64,000 bases of DNA, from NCBI GenBank assembly GCA_043228905.1, contig JBHGNT010000011.1, forward strand, positions 13,516,001 through 13,580,000, written 5' to 3'. Of this stretch, positions 34,022-46,598 are shown one piece after another. Under the pieces are notes generated by a model. It saw only the letters and a list, made by a program, of their open reading frames with translations. It did not search any database and was not told where the DNA came from. How positions within the stretch are numbered: the first letter of the stretch is position 1; every line of letters begins with the position of its first letter. Source of the DNA: Azolla caroliniana (taxonomy: Eukaryota > Plantae > Polypodiophyta). The translations under genes and the position numbers were made by a program.

Positions 34022-34513
34022 GGGGAAATGGTATATGGCTTACGGTAATAACAAATGGACTCTAGAGCATAAGAAAAGGTGTCTTTCGAGATCTAAATGT
34101 AGTAGAAAAGAGAGGTAGAGACGTGAAGTAAAAAACCGAGACTCGAGTGATGTTGTGTGCGGATGACCTGAGGGCGAATGAACGAGAAGTGAGAGTGATT
34201 TGTCAATCCACGCGATCAAAAGAGACCTAGAAGAGACCCCTAAGAAGAAAGATTAGTTGGGCATTTTGGGGGAAATGGTATATGGCTTACGATAATAACA
34301 AATGGACTCTGGAGCATAAGAAAAGGTGTATTTCGAGATCTAAATGTAGTAGAAAAGAGAGGCAGAGACGAGAAGTAAAAAACCGAGACTTGAGTGATGT
34401 TTTGTGTGGATGACCTGAGGGCGAATGAACGAGAAGTGAGAGTGATTTGTCAATCCACGTGATCAAAAGAGAACTACAAGAGACCCCAAAGAAGAAAGAT
34501 TGGTTGGGCATTT
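34022..34513. repeat. 247-bp tandem duplication about 1 kb upstream of the bHLH gene
   Basis: GGGGAAATGGTATATGGCTTACG...AAGAAGAAAGATTRGTTGGGCATT starts at 34022 and 34269, with scattered substitutions. Confidence 0.93.
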
Positions 34514-34900
34514 ATTTATTTGTTGTTTTTTGTTTTATTTTGTTTTGGGGAAGGGGACAGGGACGAGGGTAGACATTGGAAATAAGGAAAGCCCCCCCCC
34601 CAAAAAAATATATTATTATTGCGGGATTGAGCCCTCCCTCCCTTTAAAACAAAAAGAGAAAGAAACATTTCGAGGAATTCACTGCGAATTTGGACACGAG
34701 GCAGATAATACAAGCCAAGAAAGAAAAGAAAAAGAAAAAGAAATCTATAATATAAAAAAATGGAATAAAATAAAAAAATAAACAAAAAAAGTACTATACA
34801 TACAACATAAATTTTGTTATTTATTTATTTATTTATTTCTAAAAGCTTTTTTGTTTTATTGTTTCGGGGAGAGGTGGATAAGGTGTGGCGAAGGGGAGGC

Positions 34901-35140
34901 TGACGCGTGGCCACGTGCGAGAGAGTACATAGACAGAAAGGACGCGTTCCCACACAGCGACACTTTTTCTATTCCTATTTTTTTTTGTTTGGGCGCGTCT
35001 CTAAAAATTACCACACTTGGGGGAGAGGGGGGCTTCGGCCAGTGGGGGTGCGACAGCTGGCGGGGCCCACAGGGCCACGTGGACCCCGTTCTGCCACGTC
35101 GGCCCCCCCCCCCCCCCCCCGCCCCGGGCCGGCCCACACA
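34901..35140 (+). promoter_or_regulatory. Putative proximal promoter cluster: CE3/ABRE-like, G-boxes, TCP-like sites
   Basis: ACGCGTGGC 34903-34911; CACGTG 34912-34917 and 35076-35081; GCCACGTC 35093-35100; GGGCCCAC 35063-35070; GTGGACCC 35079-35086; GGCCCAC 35131-35137. Confidence 0.5.
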
Positions 35141-35424
35141 CACACATAGAAAACAAAAGAAAGAATGCCTTCCCACAATGATGGAGCCCCGACGGGCGGG
35201 CGGACGGACGGGACGGGCGGCGAACGGGAAAAGCATCGAAATCTCTCTCAATACAACCAAAACTAAAACACACACACACACACACACACAAAATACATGT
35301 AATTACAAATTTTACGATATATATACACATAGAGATTGTGTGTGTGTGTGTTATGTATGGCCAACAGGAAGGAAGAAGCTTGTGTAGCCTGTTGTAATTA
35401 TTCTTCGCACTAAACCCCTTCCAT

Positions 35425-36918
35425 ATGGCCGCTGCCCATACACCCCCTCCCCCTCCCCCTCCCTCTCCCCCTGCTGCTGCTACTGCTAGTGCTAATAACA
35501 ACTGCGCCATGCCTCATCAGGACCACCCGGGTTCGATCCCCACCGATCATGATCGCGACCTTATTACCATCCATTCCATGCCCCACTACATCTACCACGA
35601 TCTTCCTAACCCTAACCCTAACCCTAACCCTAACCCTAACGCCATCTCCTCCGACGACCTCGACCTCCTCCAGACACTGGAGCAGGAGTGCGACCTCTTC
35701 CTCGTCCCCCCCATCCACATGCCCGACCTCTCCTCGGAATCGAGCAGCCACCACAAGTTCAATATCGAGGAGGACCACATCTGCAATGCCGCCGCCCATT
35801 GGGAGGGTGCCCATGCTCTGCAGGCCGGGATGAATCGGTTGCCCCTGCTGCTGCCTCCTCCTCCTCCTCCTGGCCCCCATGGACACAACCTCATCAACGA
35901 TCATAGCGAAGGCGGAGGAGACCGGAGTCTCATGGATTTGGACTCCATTTGGAAGCCGGCCAATGATCCTGACCTCTTTGGTCAATCCCTGGAGGATATA
36001 AACCTGCTTCACAACATTGGGCATGGTGGGATGAGCACACCTACTGCAGATCATCACCATCACCATCACCATCCTCCTCCTCATGACATGCAATTCCTAT
36101 ACAATCCTTCTTGTAGCGAGCAACGAGCAAAGGCAGTGGAGGATAAGGAAGAAGAATTAGTAGAGGTGGGTGATGCTTATCACAATAAGGCCACCACCAC
36201 ATTGAGCTGGTACAATGATAGCAACATTGGTACTAGGCCTCTAAGCCTAGAGCACATGGGTCATCTTTCTCTCACTATCCCTAGTCATGATCATCATTCC
36301 CTGAATTACAATTATGTAACCTATAATGGTGATCATCATCACCATCATCATCATCACGATAATGCAGCCTTCCAATATGACATGGCAGGCTCATCTCTTT
36401 CGCCAATGCCGCCTTCGGATGGTCACCTTATCTCAAAATTCACGGGTTGCGAGAAATCATCGGTCATGAATAGAGGCTCGGAAGAAGACGCCCGAACTAT
36501 TACGATGACGGGAGTAGGGCTGCCCGAAACCATGGTGGAGAGAGCTCATTTGGGCCATAATGCACATGTCTTAGTTAAGCCCAACGTTAAATCGTGTGGC
36601 TCTCGTAGTGACCTCCTCATCCCTAAAGGGACTCAATACAACTCTTGCGACGATCTTAGCGATACCAATCACCAACATCATGAGGATGATGATCATGATT
36701 GGGACAATCACTTGCACTACACGGATGACACCACCACTAACACCACCATCACCACCACCACCAACAACAATGCTAGTAGTAGTAATTGTAGTAGTATGTC
36801 CGCAAAGTACCCCGTGACTACCTCGACATCCAAGAACTTGGTCTCGGAACGTCGGAGACGAAAGAACCTTAATGAGAGGCTTTACTCCTTGAGAGCAATT
36901 GTACCCAAGATTAGCAAG
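35425..36918 (+). CDS. bHLH-ACT transcription factor (subfamily III, FIT/bHLH35/ICE1/AMS-like), exon 1
   Basis: Long His/Pro/Asn-rich N-terminus, then SKNLVSERRRRKNLNERLYSLRAIVPKISK; donor AAG|GT at 36918/36919. The start codon is the first in-frame ATG and is unverified. Confidence 0.9.
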
Positions 36919-37085
36919 GTAGACTTAAAATTATAAATGTAAATGAATTTGCTCTAATGTTGTGATGTACATAAGAATCCATGCCTAGCTAGTGTTATCG
37001 TCTATACACACACACACACACCCCTTGGATTGTTTATTTTAGAGATATGATCCATGGTGTCCACTTCCATTTTATTTCATGCTAG

Positions 37086-37307
37086 ATGGATAAGGCTTCG
37101 ATTGTGGGTGATGCAATTAGCTACCTCCAAGAACTCCAAAAGCAAGTGGTAGATATGCAAACCGACATTCGGAACTTACAAACATCAAAGACAGATCCCG
37201 AAGTCCAAGACCAATCTACAAGTAGTTGTGAGGAGAATAACAATGTAGATTGTGATCATGTCAATATCTCCCATCGTGAGAATTTTGTAGAGCACAAGAT
37301 TTTGCAG
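37086..37307 (+). CDS. bHLH-ACT exon 2 (helix 2 and linker)
   Basis: Acceptor CTAG|ATG; MDKASIVGDAISYLQELQKQV; donor CAG|GTAAT; 222 nt, phase 0. Confidence 0.92.
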
Positions 37308-37502
37308 GTAATCTTAATATATGACTCATTGGAACTAGCCTTTATAGATACAAATAAATTTAGTAAGGGCATGTCCGGAAATCATCAAATTGCACTAACT
37401 ATAGCTCTGGATTCATCAATCTCTTGCGATTTCTTTGCTTTACATTGATTAATATCATTTAAAATTGATTAGCTTTAAATTTTTACGGATGTGTGTGTGT
37501 AG

Positions 37503-37673
37503 TTAGATGTTTGTACCATGGAGAACAATACATATCACCTTATGATACATTGCAAGAAGGCCCGTGGAGTGCTAGTTCAACTAACGAGGGCATTGGAAGC
37601 CTTGAATTTTGAGATCGTCAACGCCAATCTTAGTGCAATCAGCGATCATATTCTCAACACAATTGTCATCAAG
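37503..37673 (+). CDS. bHLH-ACT exon 3 (ACT-like domain)
   Basis: Acceptor GTAG|TTA; LDVCTMENNTYHLMIHCKKARGVLVQLTRALEALNFEIVNANLSAISDHILNTIVIK; donor AAG|GTATG; 171 nt. Confidence 0.9.
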
Positions 37674-38168
37674 GTATGTATCATGTAGTTATTGCATTAT
37701 ATTATAACTAGTGAAAATATATGTCATATTCTTACTTTCCTCATGGTTAAAAAATGTTTACGCATGGTGGTTTCACCAATTCTAGGACCACTATGCTTCG
37801 TTGCTCATTTGTCTAGTATGGTCTTGTTGTTCACGCTCAAAGAAAATAGAAATACGCATATCTTATTTTCAACACAACTGTCGAGGTATATATTATTATA
37901 GCTACTTTCAACTTGGCAATAGAGTGCCATTTTAAAGTGTTTAGTATTTGCATAGTTTTCACTATATTGGTCTAATTATACAGCCCAAGGATAGCTATGT
38001 AGGACTAGTGACCTTCTAACATATGGCCTACATCAATGAAAGAGCAAAATGTCACTAAAGCATGCTATGTTTAACACCACCCTAAGTTGCAAAAAGTAGT
38101 CTCGTACATTCAACCGTAAGATGGAAAAAGGTCCAATAATATATATATTTATCTTGCATTATGTGTAG

Positions 38169-38252
38169 GTAAGCAAGGACGACGTGTTGAAGCCTGAAGA
38201 GCTGAAGGAGATGGTGCTAGGGATCGTTCCCATGTTTGGATTATATGTATGA
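38169..38252 (+). CDS. bHLH-ACT exon 4 (terminal)
   Basis: Acceptor GTAG|GTA; VSKDDVLKPEELKEMVLGIVPMFGLYV*, the usual final helix of bHLH ACT-like domains. Total protein about 656 aa. Confidence 0.8.
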   Translation, partial: VSKDDVLKPEELKEMVLGIVPMFGLYV

Positions 38253-38407
38253 CACATCCCGTGAAGCTCTAATGTGAGCCTTGATAATTAACAAGGTTCA
38301 CGAGCATCTCATCTTTGATGAAATTAGAAACTATCGTAACACAAAAGGTGTGTAACCTTAGTTGGTTCTTGAATCCATCTCCAATCCGACGTGAAATTAT
38401 TGTATCC

Positions 38408-41400
38408 CAATAATTGTATTTGACTTCCATTCTTTGTATAAATTGAGATGTTCACGAAGAGGTTTACGTTTTGTTCAATTGTATAAGCAATATTCCTGAC
38501 AATGTGAGCCTACCATAGGTGATTTCTCACGTACCCATGAAATCTTGAGAAATCATGAATCTTTCCCATAGGTATGTGATAATGACGTATTGATGGTTAA
38601 AAGACATAATTAATGATTACGTCAATGCCACAATATTATGTGGTTCCCGAATTTGGAACTATTTTATGTGGGAAAGATAAGAGTGTATGAAGTGTAATCT
38701 TCCACCTTCCCAATTTGTACAACAAAAGTATGTGTAAAGTTTGTTACTGTTATGGAGTGACGTGTGTATTGTATAGAAATTAGACAACAAAGTTGTTTCT
38801 AAATGTAGTACATAAGCAACCGAACAATTATTATATGAAAAGTTGTGATTCATTAAGTGCACCCCTCAATGTTTTACACCTATCAATCTTTGTACAACCA
38901 CTACTCAATTGTTACATGAACTCAATTTTTACATGGTAGTACACTTGGTATAGGGACAAAAAAGCAATCAACTCCCACTTAGAGAGATTCTTGACTCATC
39001 AAGGGGTTGGTACAACTTTTTGCACATACAAAATGTTTGAGAGAAATTGCATGCCATATCCCCATGTAACTCATGTTGGAAAATTATCATCTTTCAATTG
39101 TCAATGGCACTGACCAAATAATGCCCAATCTTGTTGACCCAATGCCAATAAGCAACCTTCTTGATGGCATTCTTCGCCGTTTGGAACCCTTCATGTCCAT
39201 TCAAGGATACATAAAAACAAGTTTATTATATGCACAAGAAACAAGCGGCTCACTCCCACTTCCATTACATAGGCAAAGACGTTGGTGACCAAGGTCATGA
39301 CTCATAAAATAGAAGGGGACAAAGAATATGAAAACCAAAAAAAGCCCCAGAACAATGAAAAAAAGTCTCACTATTGACCCTTTTTGACAATTCTTGATCT
39401 TCTTGCTATAAACCTACAAGTAGTAAGTATCCCATCACAAGAGCTTGGACTGAATTGTCTCAAGTTATCATGTATTGCTTGATTGTTTACATGTTGATTA
39501 AAGGTAGAAATTGACTTGTTTCAAATATATAGTTTTAAGTTTTTAACTAGTATGGAGTTCAAAAACTATTAAGTATAACGTATAACTCAATAACGGTAAT
39601 TGGTTTAGGAAAAGTTTCACCATGATACCTAGCCACTAGGTACACATTGGTTTAGGCTTTCCCAACAATCATGTGGATGAAAGACTTTAGTAGTTGTGAA
39701 GTGTATTTGAAATAAACTCCGAAGTTAACACACATCCTTGACCAATGTCGATGGGGACTAAGACTAACCTCCAAGAAATCGGTAGACTTTGAGTAAACTC
39801 CTATCAGGTGAGTTGTAGAATTGTTAGAAGATTGGAAGCTTGACAAGAAGATATAATGTTGAGTATATGTCCACAATACGTATAGAATCTCAAGATGAAG
39901 CAACAAGACATGAGACAAAGAGAAAATATTCAAACGCTAAACATGCAATCGGGATCAAACGAGGCACAAATGTCCTCATTTAAACAAACATTGGACCCAA
40001 TATTGCAAAGCGTTTGTCCTACATCACCCACAAAATTGTAGAAAAGCGCCCATTATTGGGAGTGGAGACTGTCAGAGGTGAAACAAGCACAACATCATAG
40101 TATCAGGAAACACAAATGGTGTTGTTTAACAGAAGAATTGGATAAACAAATTGAAGTATTCAAGAAGCAACTGATAGAGATCAAGATCAACAATGGAGAG
40201 AGACAGGGAGAGAAGAAGGCACCAAGAGGCATGAACAAAATAAATGTATTATTCAAACATTACAATACTAGAAGAGGCTTCAATAATTGTATTTGACTTC
40301 CATTCTTTGTATAAATTGAGATGTTCACGAAGAGGCTTACGTTTTGTTCAATTGTATAAGCAATATTCCTGACAATGTGAGCCTACCATAGGTGATTTCT
40401 CACGTACCCATGAAATCTTGAGAAATCATGAATCTTTCCCATAGGTATGTGATAATGACATATTGATGGTTAAAAGACATAATTAATGATTATGTCAATG
40501 CCACAATATTATGTGGTTCTCGAATTTGGAACTATTTTATGTGGGAAAGATAGAGTGTATGAAGTGTAATCTTCCACCTTCCCAATTTGTACAACAAAAG
40601 TATGTGTAAAGTTTGTTAGTGTTATGGAGTGGCATGTGTATTGTATAGAAATTAGACAACAAAGTTGTTCCTACATGTAGTACACAACTAACCAAACAAT
40701 TATTATATGAAAAGTTGTGATTCATTAAGTGCACCCCTCAATGTTTTACACCCGTCAATCTTTGTACAACCACTAGTCAATTTTTACATGAACTCAATTT
40801 TTACAGGGTAGTACACTTGGTCTTGGGACAAAAAAGTAATCAACTCCCACTTAGAGAGATTCTTGACTCATCAAGCTATGTTCGTTTTGATGGTTAAACA
40901 TGGTTAAGAAGGGGTTGGTACAACTTTTTGCACATACAAAATGTTTGAGAGAAATTGCATGCCATATCCCCATGTAACTCATGTTGGAAAATTATCATCT
41001 TTCAATTGTCAATGGCACTGACCAAATAATGCCCAATCTTGTTGACCCAATGCCAATAAGCAACCTTCTTGATGGCATTCTTCGCCATTTGGAACCCTTC
41101 CTGTCCATTCAAGGATACATAACAACAAGAAGTTTATTATATGCACAAAAAACAAGTGGCTCACACACACTTCCATTACATAGGCAAAGACGTTGGTGAC
41201 CAAGGTCATGACTCATAAAATAGAAGGGGACAAAGAATATGAAAACCAAAAAAAGCCCAAGAACAACGATAAAAAGACTCACTATTGACCCTTTTTGACA
41301 ATTCTTGATCTTCTTGCTATAAACCTCTTAAAGTAGTAAGTATCCCATCGCAAGAGCTTGGACTAAATTGTCTCAAGTTATCATGTATTGCTTGATTGTT

Positions 41401-42172
41401 TACATGTTGATTAAAGGTAGAAATTGACTTGTTTCAAATATATAGTTTTAAGTTTTTAACTAGTCTGGAGTTCAAAAACTATTAAGTATAACTTATAACT
41501 CAATAACCGTAATTGGCTTAGGAAAATTTTGACCATGATACTTAGCTACTAGGTACACATCGGGTTAGGCTTTCCCAACAATCATGTGGATGAAAGACTT
41601 TAGTAGTTGTGAAGTGTATTTGAAAGTAACTCTGAAGTTATCACACATCCTTGAGACTAAGACTAACCTCCAAGAAATCAGTAGACTTTGAGTAAACTCC
41701 TATCAAGTGAGTTGTAGAATTGTTAGAAGATTGGAAGCTTGACGAGAAGATATAACGTTGTGTGTATGTCCACAATACGTATAGAATCTCAAGATGAAGC
41801 AACAAGACATGAGACAAAGAGAAAATATTCAAACGCTAAACATGCAATCGGGATCAAACGAGGCACAAATGTCCTCATTTAAACAAACATTGGACCCAAT
41901 ATTGCAAAGCGTTTGTCCTACATCGCCCACAAAATTGTAGAAAAGCGCCCATTGTTGGGAGTGGAGACTGTTAGAGGTGAAACAAGCACAACATCATAGT
42001 ATCAGGAAACACAAATGGTGTTGTTTAACAGAAGAATGGGATAAACAAATTGAAGTATTCAAGAAGCAACTGATAGAGATCAAGATCAACAATGGAGAGA
42101 GACAGGGAGAGAAGAAGGCACCAAGAGGCATGAACAGAGTAAATATATTATTCAAACATTACAATACTAGAA
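38408..42172. repeat. About 1.87-kb tandem duplication immediately downstream of the bHLH gene
   Basis: Copy 1 38408-40273 and copy 2 40281-42172 both begin CAATAATTGTATTTGACTTCC and end CATTACAATACTAGAA; they differ by substitutions and small indels. Confidence 0.95.
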
Positions 42173-45034
42173 TGACACTATCCACTACTAAAGAACTAGG
42201 TTACAAAGCCAGTTATATACTAATTGGGCTAGGGAAACTACCCTTTGACATATTTACATAATTGTCCTAAACCTAGTTTGTCCAATGGGATAGTGTGAAT
42301 ACGTCCATTATACGCCCGTATTCGACACCCATGAGGTGGTGTTGCAAAGTTACGTGCATGCTTGTGAACGGAAGCAAGACCATTAGGGACTTAAACTAGA
42401 GAGGACAGGTTGCAGATTAGAACTATTGTGTTGATGATTTCATGATACCTATTGACATTTGGTTTAGTGGCTAGAGGTTTGTTTTATTCTTAAGATTTAT
42501 TTGTAAGAGATCCAACACTCAATAATAGTTATGCTATTTGTAAATATAAATCTTCTAACTCTATAGGTGCAAGGTTTGAATCTTACCTTACATGAATACT
42601 CTATGTGGCACACTAGGCCTACACACTCATACTGTTATTTTATTCCCTGTTTGGTGGTTAAAGGAGGAGGAGAAGGTTTGGAGACCCTCAAGGCAAAATC
42701 TTCATGTTGGCACAATGAGGTTTCCTAAACGACAATTTGAGTTTCATCTTTCGTTGATTAAGCTCCAAAATCATGTAACTTTGCATCCCGAGCTCAGAAA
42801 TTTGAGCCAAATAGTCCAACACATTCCTCGTTTGATCGTGATTAGTTTCACAATAAATAATTTAATATAAATATTAGAATTAGAAATTTCACGAATTGAG
42901 TATATATAAGTGAGTTTATCTTAAGTCTGTTACATAGAGTGACTTGAAAGGGAAATAGATTATGAAAATAGAGGTATAAGATTTGACGGTGGATTTTAAG
43001 AGGGATATCCTCGGGTTTTAGTTCAGTGGAGCGATGTGATGGTTTCATTGCCTCTTGTCTTTGGTGGACTTGAGAACCCTCTTTATTCGCTACTCCAAGC
43101 TCGTAAATTGACCCTTTGCAATGAGTTTCATTCTCCCTTTTATAAGCCTCATGAGCACTTCATGCAAATAAAAATAACAACTCTCTTTTTTAGTATGTAC
43201 CTTGCTTTTCATTTTTGCATGCACTCCTTTCGTTGAGCCCATAGTGCAAGAAAAATATTAATACCCATGTCCATCCCATTGAGGTGCACTTGATGTTCTA
43301 TAGTCCAAACATAACTTTGACCCTTGACCTTTTGTGCTTGGAATAAGCTTTTGTCAATTACGCTATACATCTTTGTTATGTTTTATTTATCTTGTTGCAT
43401 ATATACTTTTGTTCTATCCTTCAACCTTCTATATATATCTAGTTTGACTTAGTTCAAACCAATATCTTTACTCAAGTACCCTATGTCAGTACCTAGACCC
43501 ATGGGACTCCTACTACTATCATTCTTTTCGACGCAACCGCCATCTCCAAAAATTTGAGCAAGACTTTTTGAGCCGGAGTTTCAAAACTCACGCGAGACTC
43601 AAGTTCAAGGGATGGGGCAAAAGGTCAACCTTATGCCTACAATGAGATTTAAGAAGAGTATGAGTCGTGACAATATTATGAAGAATCCTTATCTCAATTT
43701 GATGAAGTAGATGCGAATATTTGCGCAACATATATACTTCATGATGGAGATACACACGATATAATACTTTTTCGTGGTTCATAACTAGGTTCCCACATGG
43801 TGAGTGATTGTTTGACATGATTATGAAACCACAACACCAATGGTCAATATTACCAGTTGTTGAGAATCAAGCTCAAGTTGTGTGAACATGTGCTTATGAA
43901 GAAAAGGACGATGTGTGAAAAAGTGTGTGAGCACACTTTATTGTAATCCGTGTAGTTGTGGAGTGTTAGTGTGGTCAAAGAATATTAGATATTCTTATGA
44001 CAAAATCATACATCTTGGTTAGATTCCACCAACACATTTAATAGGGCAATCACTTGAGGACTTGTATATAAAACCCCCTTTGGCCATTTAGTTTAGTTGA
44101 TGATCTTTGGATAATTAATATAGCTCTCTTAAGTGCATAGGCTGTCATCCCCCTATTGTGTGTTTTCTTATTTTTCTGGTTATTCTCTGTAATTCCTTCT
44201 CTTGCTTATACATTCACTCGCTCTCTCTCTCTCACACACACACACTATGCTTCTGAATACTAAACTCTACTAGAGTTAGATTCTTTACATGGTATCAGAG
44301 CGTGAGGATTAGAGATCCTTCACTGAGCTCTACCATTGAAACTGTGGGAGCAGCTAGAGACGTTGTTTTAAAACCTGCTATCGTCGCTGCAGTTTTGCAC
44401 AGCAAGAGGCTCACGTTAACAGGATCATACGAATCAAGTTAAATCAGAAATATGAATGCACAGATGGGTAGCGCACTTCCAACAAAGAAGTTGGACAAGC
44501 ACAACTACGTATCTTGGGAATATAAGATGCATCAATACCTAGTTGGGCAAGGGTATTGGAGTTATATCGAGGGAGCTCAAGAAACAACCCCCGATAGTAC
44601 AAATCCCAACTACCCCACATGGCAACAAGGCGCCAGTAGGGTGATGTATTGTTTGGCAACATGTGTGCAAGATCACATGTTAAGCTATATTCGTGATGCG
44701 AAATCCCCAACAAAAGCGTGGAAAAAATTGAAGAAGATTTTCGTGGCTTCAACTACATTGAGAAAACTTCAACTCCGGTAGGAGTTGAACAATATTCGGC
44801 AGGGGGATATGTTTGTGACAGACTATACCCTCCGGATCAAAGACTTATGCGATTCAATTGGCTCTGTCAATGTCGCAGTTGATGATGACGAGATGGTGCA
44901 TATCTGCCTTGGCAGCCTCGCACAAAAATATGGCTCATTTCGAACTGTCAGGAATAGTACTAAAGTAGTAAGAGAATTAGTACTAAAGAAGAGAAGTACT
45001 ATTAGTACTAAGAGGACGGGGCTGCGTAAGATTC

Positions 45035-45073
<39 letters not shown>

Positions 45074-45339
45074 AGAGAGAGATAGCGAGTATGAGAGAGA
45101 GAGAGATGATGATAACAACTAATATATTATGTGAAGGATAAGTACAAAATGGCTAAGAGGCTTAAGACTGGCGTTGAACCAATTTGGTTCAACATAATGC
45201 CTAGTGCCTTCTTTTATAGTGTTCTCAGGAGTAATCCCGAAGCTTCTAGAATGTTCCAGAGAAATCTAGAATATACATTAATTTCCTATAATAAAACTTA
45301 AATGAACTATCTCCCCCTTAATGTGACGAGTGGAATGAG

Positions 45340-46598
45340 TCGGCATTGATTGCGGACCGGGTTTGTCCTGATATTTTCAATGGAACTCAACAAGAAGATC
45401 TTGAGCATTGGCGACATGCTCGACGGGTTCCCAAGTACGTTCACTCGGACTATAGCCAAGCCAATCGACCAAATAATAAAGTTTGTTGCGAACAAATTTG
45501 GAGTCGAGGATGGCAGCAACTTCATACTCTGGGCCAACGTCTAACTCAAGCGGGGGCGATAGTGGTGTAACACGATCGAGAAGAGTGTTTGTTTTATAAG
45601 GTTCAAGAAGAGAATTATGGAAGACCGGATGTATCCGAAGATGCAGAGGAAGATCAAGGCAGAATGTGACATCATTAACCTTACCAGTAATACGGAAAGG
45701 ACCGAGTCGGCGATAATCCAACTTGTTGCACGGTCAAGTAGTCTTGATGTGACGACGTAAAAGCCATACCCGATCTCCGATGGAAAAAGAGGAGGGAAGC
45801 CGATGACGGTCTGCGTAAGTCTTCTGTGTCTGTTGAGCATGACGAAGATGAGTAGAGAGATCCATCTGGATCTTACGTAGTCTCTCCAAATGATCCTTGG
45901 CACGAGGATTGGTAGGTAGCTCTAGGGTGTTGATCACCGACCAACGAGGATGAGAACCGGTATAAGCGTAAAATGGGGAGACTCAAGTCGAGGAGTGAAC
46001 ATCATTATTATACGCAAACTCCGGAAAGTGGAGAATCTCGGCCCAATCATCTTGTTGATAACTCAAAAAACACCGGAGATATTGCTCCAACGTTTGGTTT
46101 GTTCATTCCGCTTGCCCATCGATTTGAGGATGGTAGCCGGAGGAGAGGTTGCAAGAGACCTTGAGCATCTTGAAGAGATGCTACCAAAATTTGGAGACAA
46201 ATTTTGGTCCTCGGTCACTGATGATACTGTCTAGGAGGCCATGATGCCGAAATACCTCACGCATGACAAGGGCAACAATTTCCTCGCTAGTGATGGCCTT
46301 AGTACACGGCACAAAATGTGCCATCTTTGTATATCGATCGACGACAGTTAAGATAGTATCGAACCCCTTCGAGACCGGCAGATCTGTGATAAAGTCAAGA
46401 CAAATAGACTCCCACGGCTTACTTGGAATCGGTAAGGGTTCCAACAAGCCATATGGATGGTGTCGTGGCATCTTTGCTCGGCAGCAAGCATCACAGGTTC
46501 GAACGTAGTCGTCGACAAAACGTCGCATATGGGGCCACCAAAAGGATCGTTGAACTAGATCCAACGTCTTAGTACTACCGCAATGTCCCGCCATATGG
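45340..46598 (-). pseudogene. C1 integrase core and chromodomain
   Basis: AGHCGSTKT..FWWP..CDACCRAK; LDFITDLP; ISDRGPKF; GPFRI..IHPVFH; EYEVAAILDSK..YYLVDWLGYSPSERTWEP. Confidence 0.92.

Noticed and set aside
35605-35640. (CCCTAA)n as an interstitial vertebrate-type telomere
   Set aside because: Only six units, in frame as Pro-Asn within an exon full of other microsatellites; simple slippage explains it.
39073-42261. Pairs of similar small ORFs (39073/40981, 40078/41977) as a peptide gene family
   Set aside because: The similarity follows from the 1.87-kb tandem duplication; no coding signature or motif.
42502-42934. Possible solo LTR (TGTAAG...GTTACA) around the orphan B box
   Set aside because: No matching target duplication and no second copy in the window.
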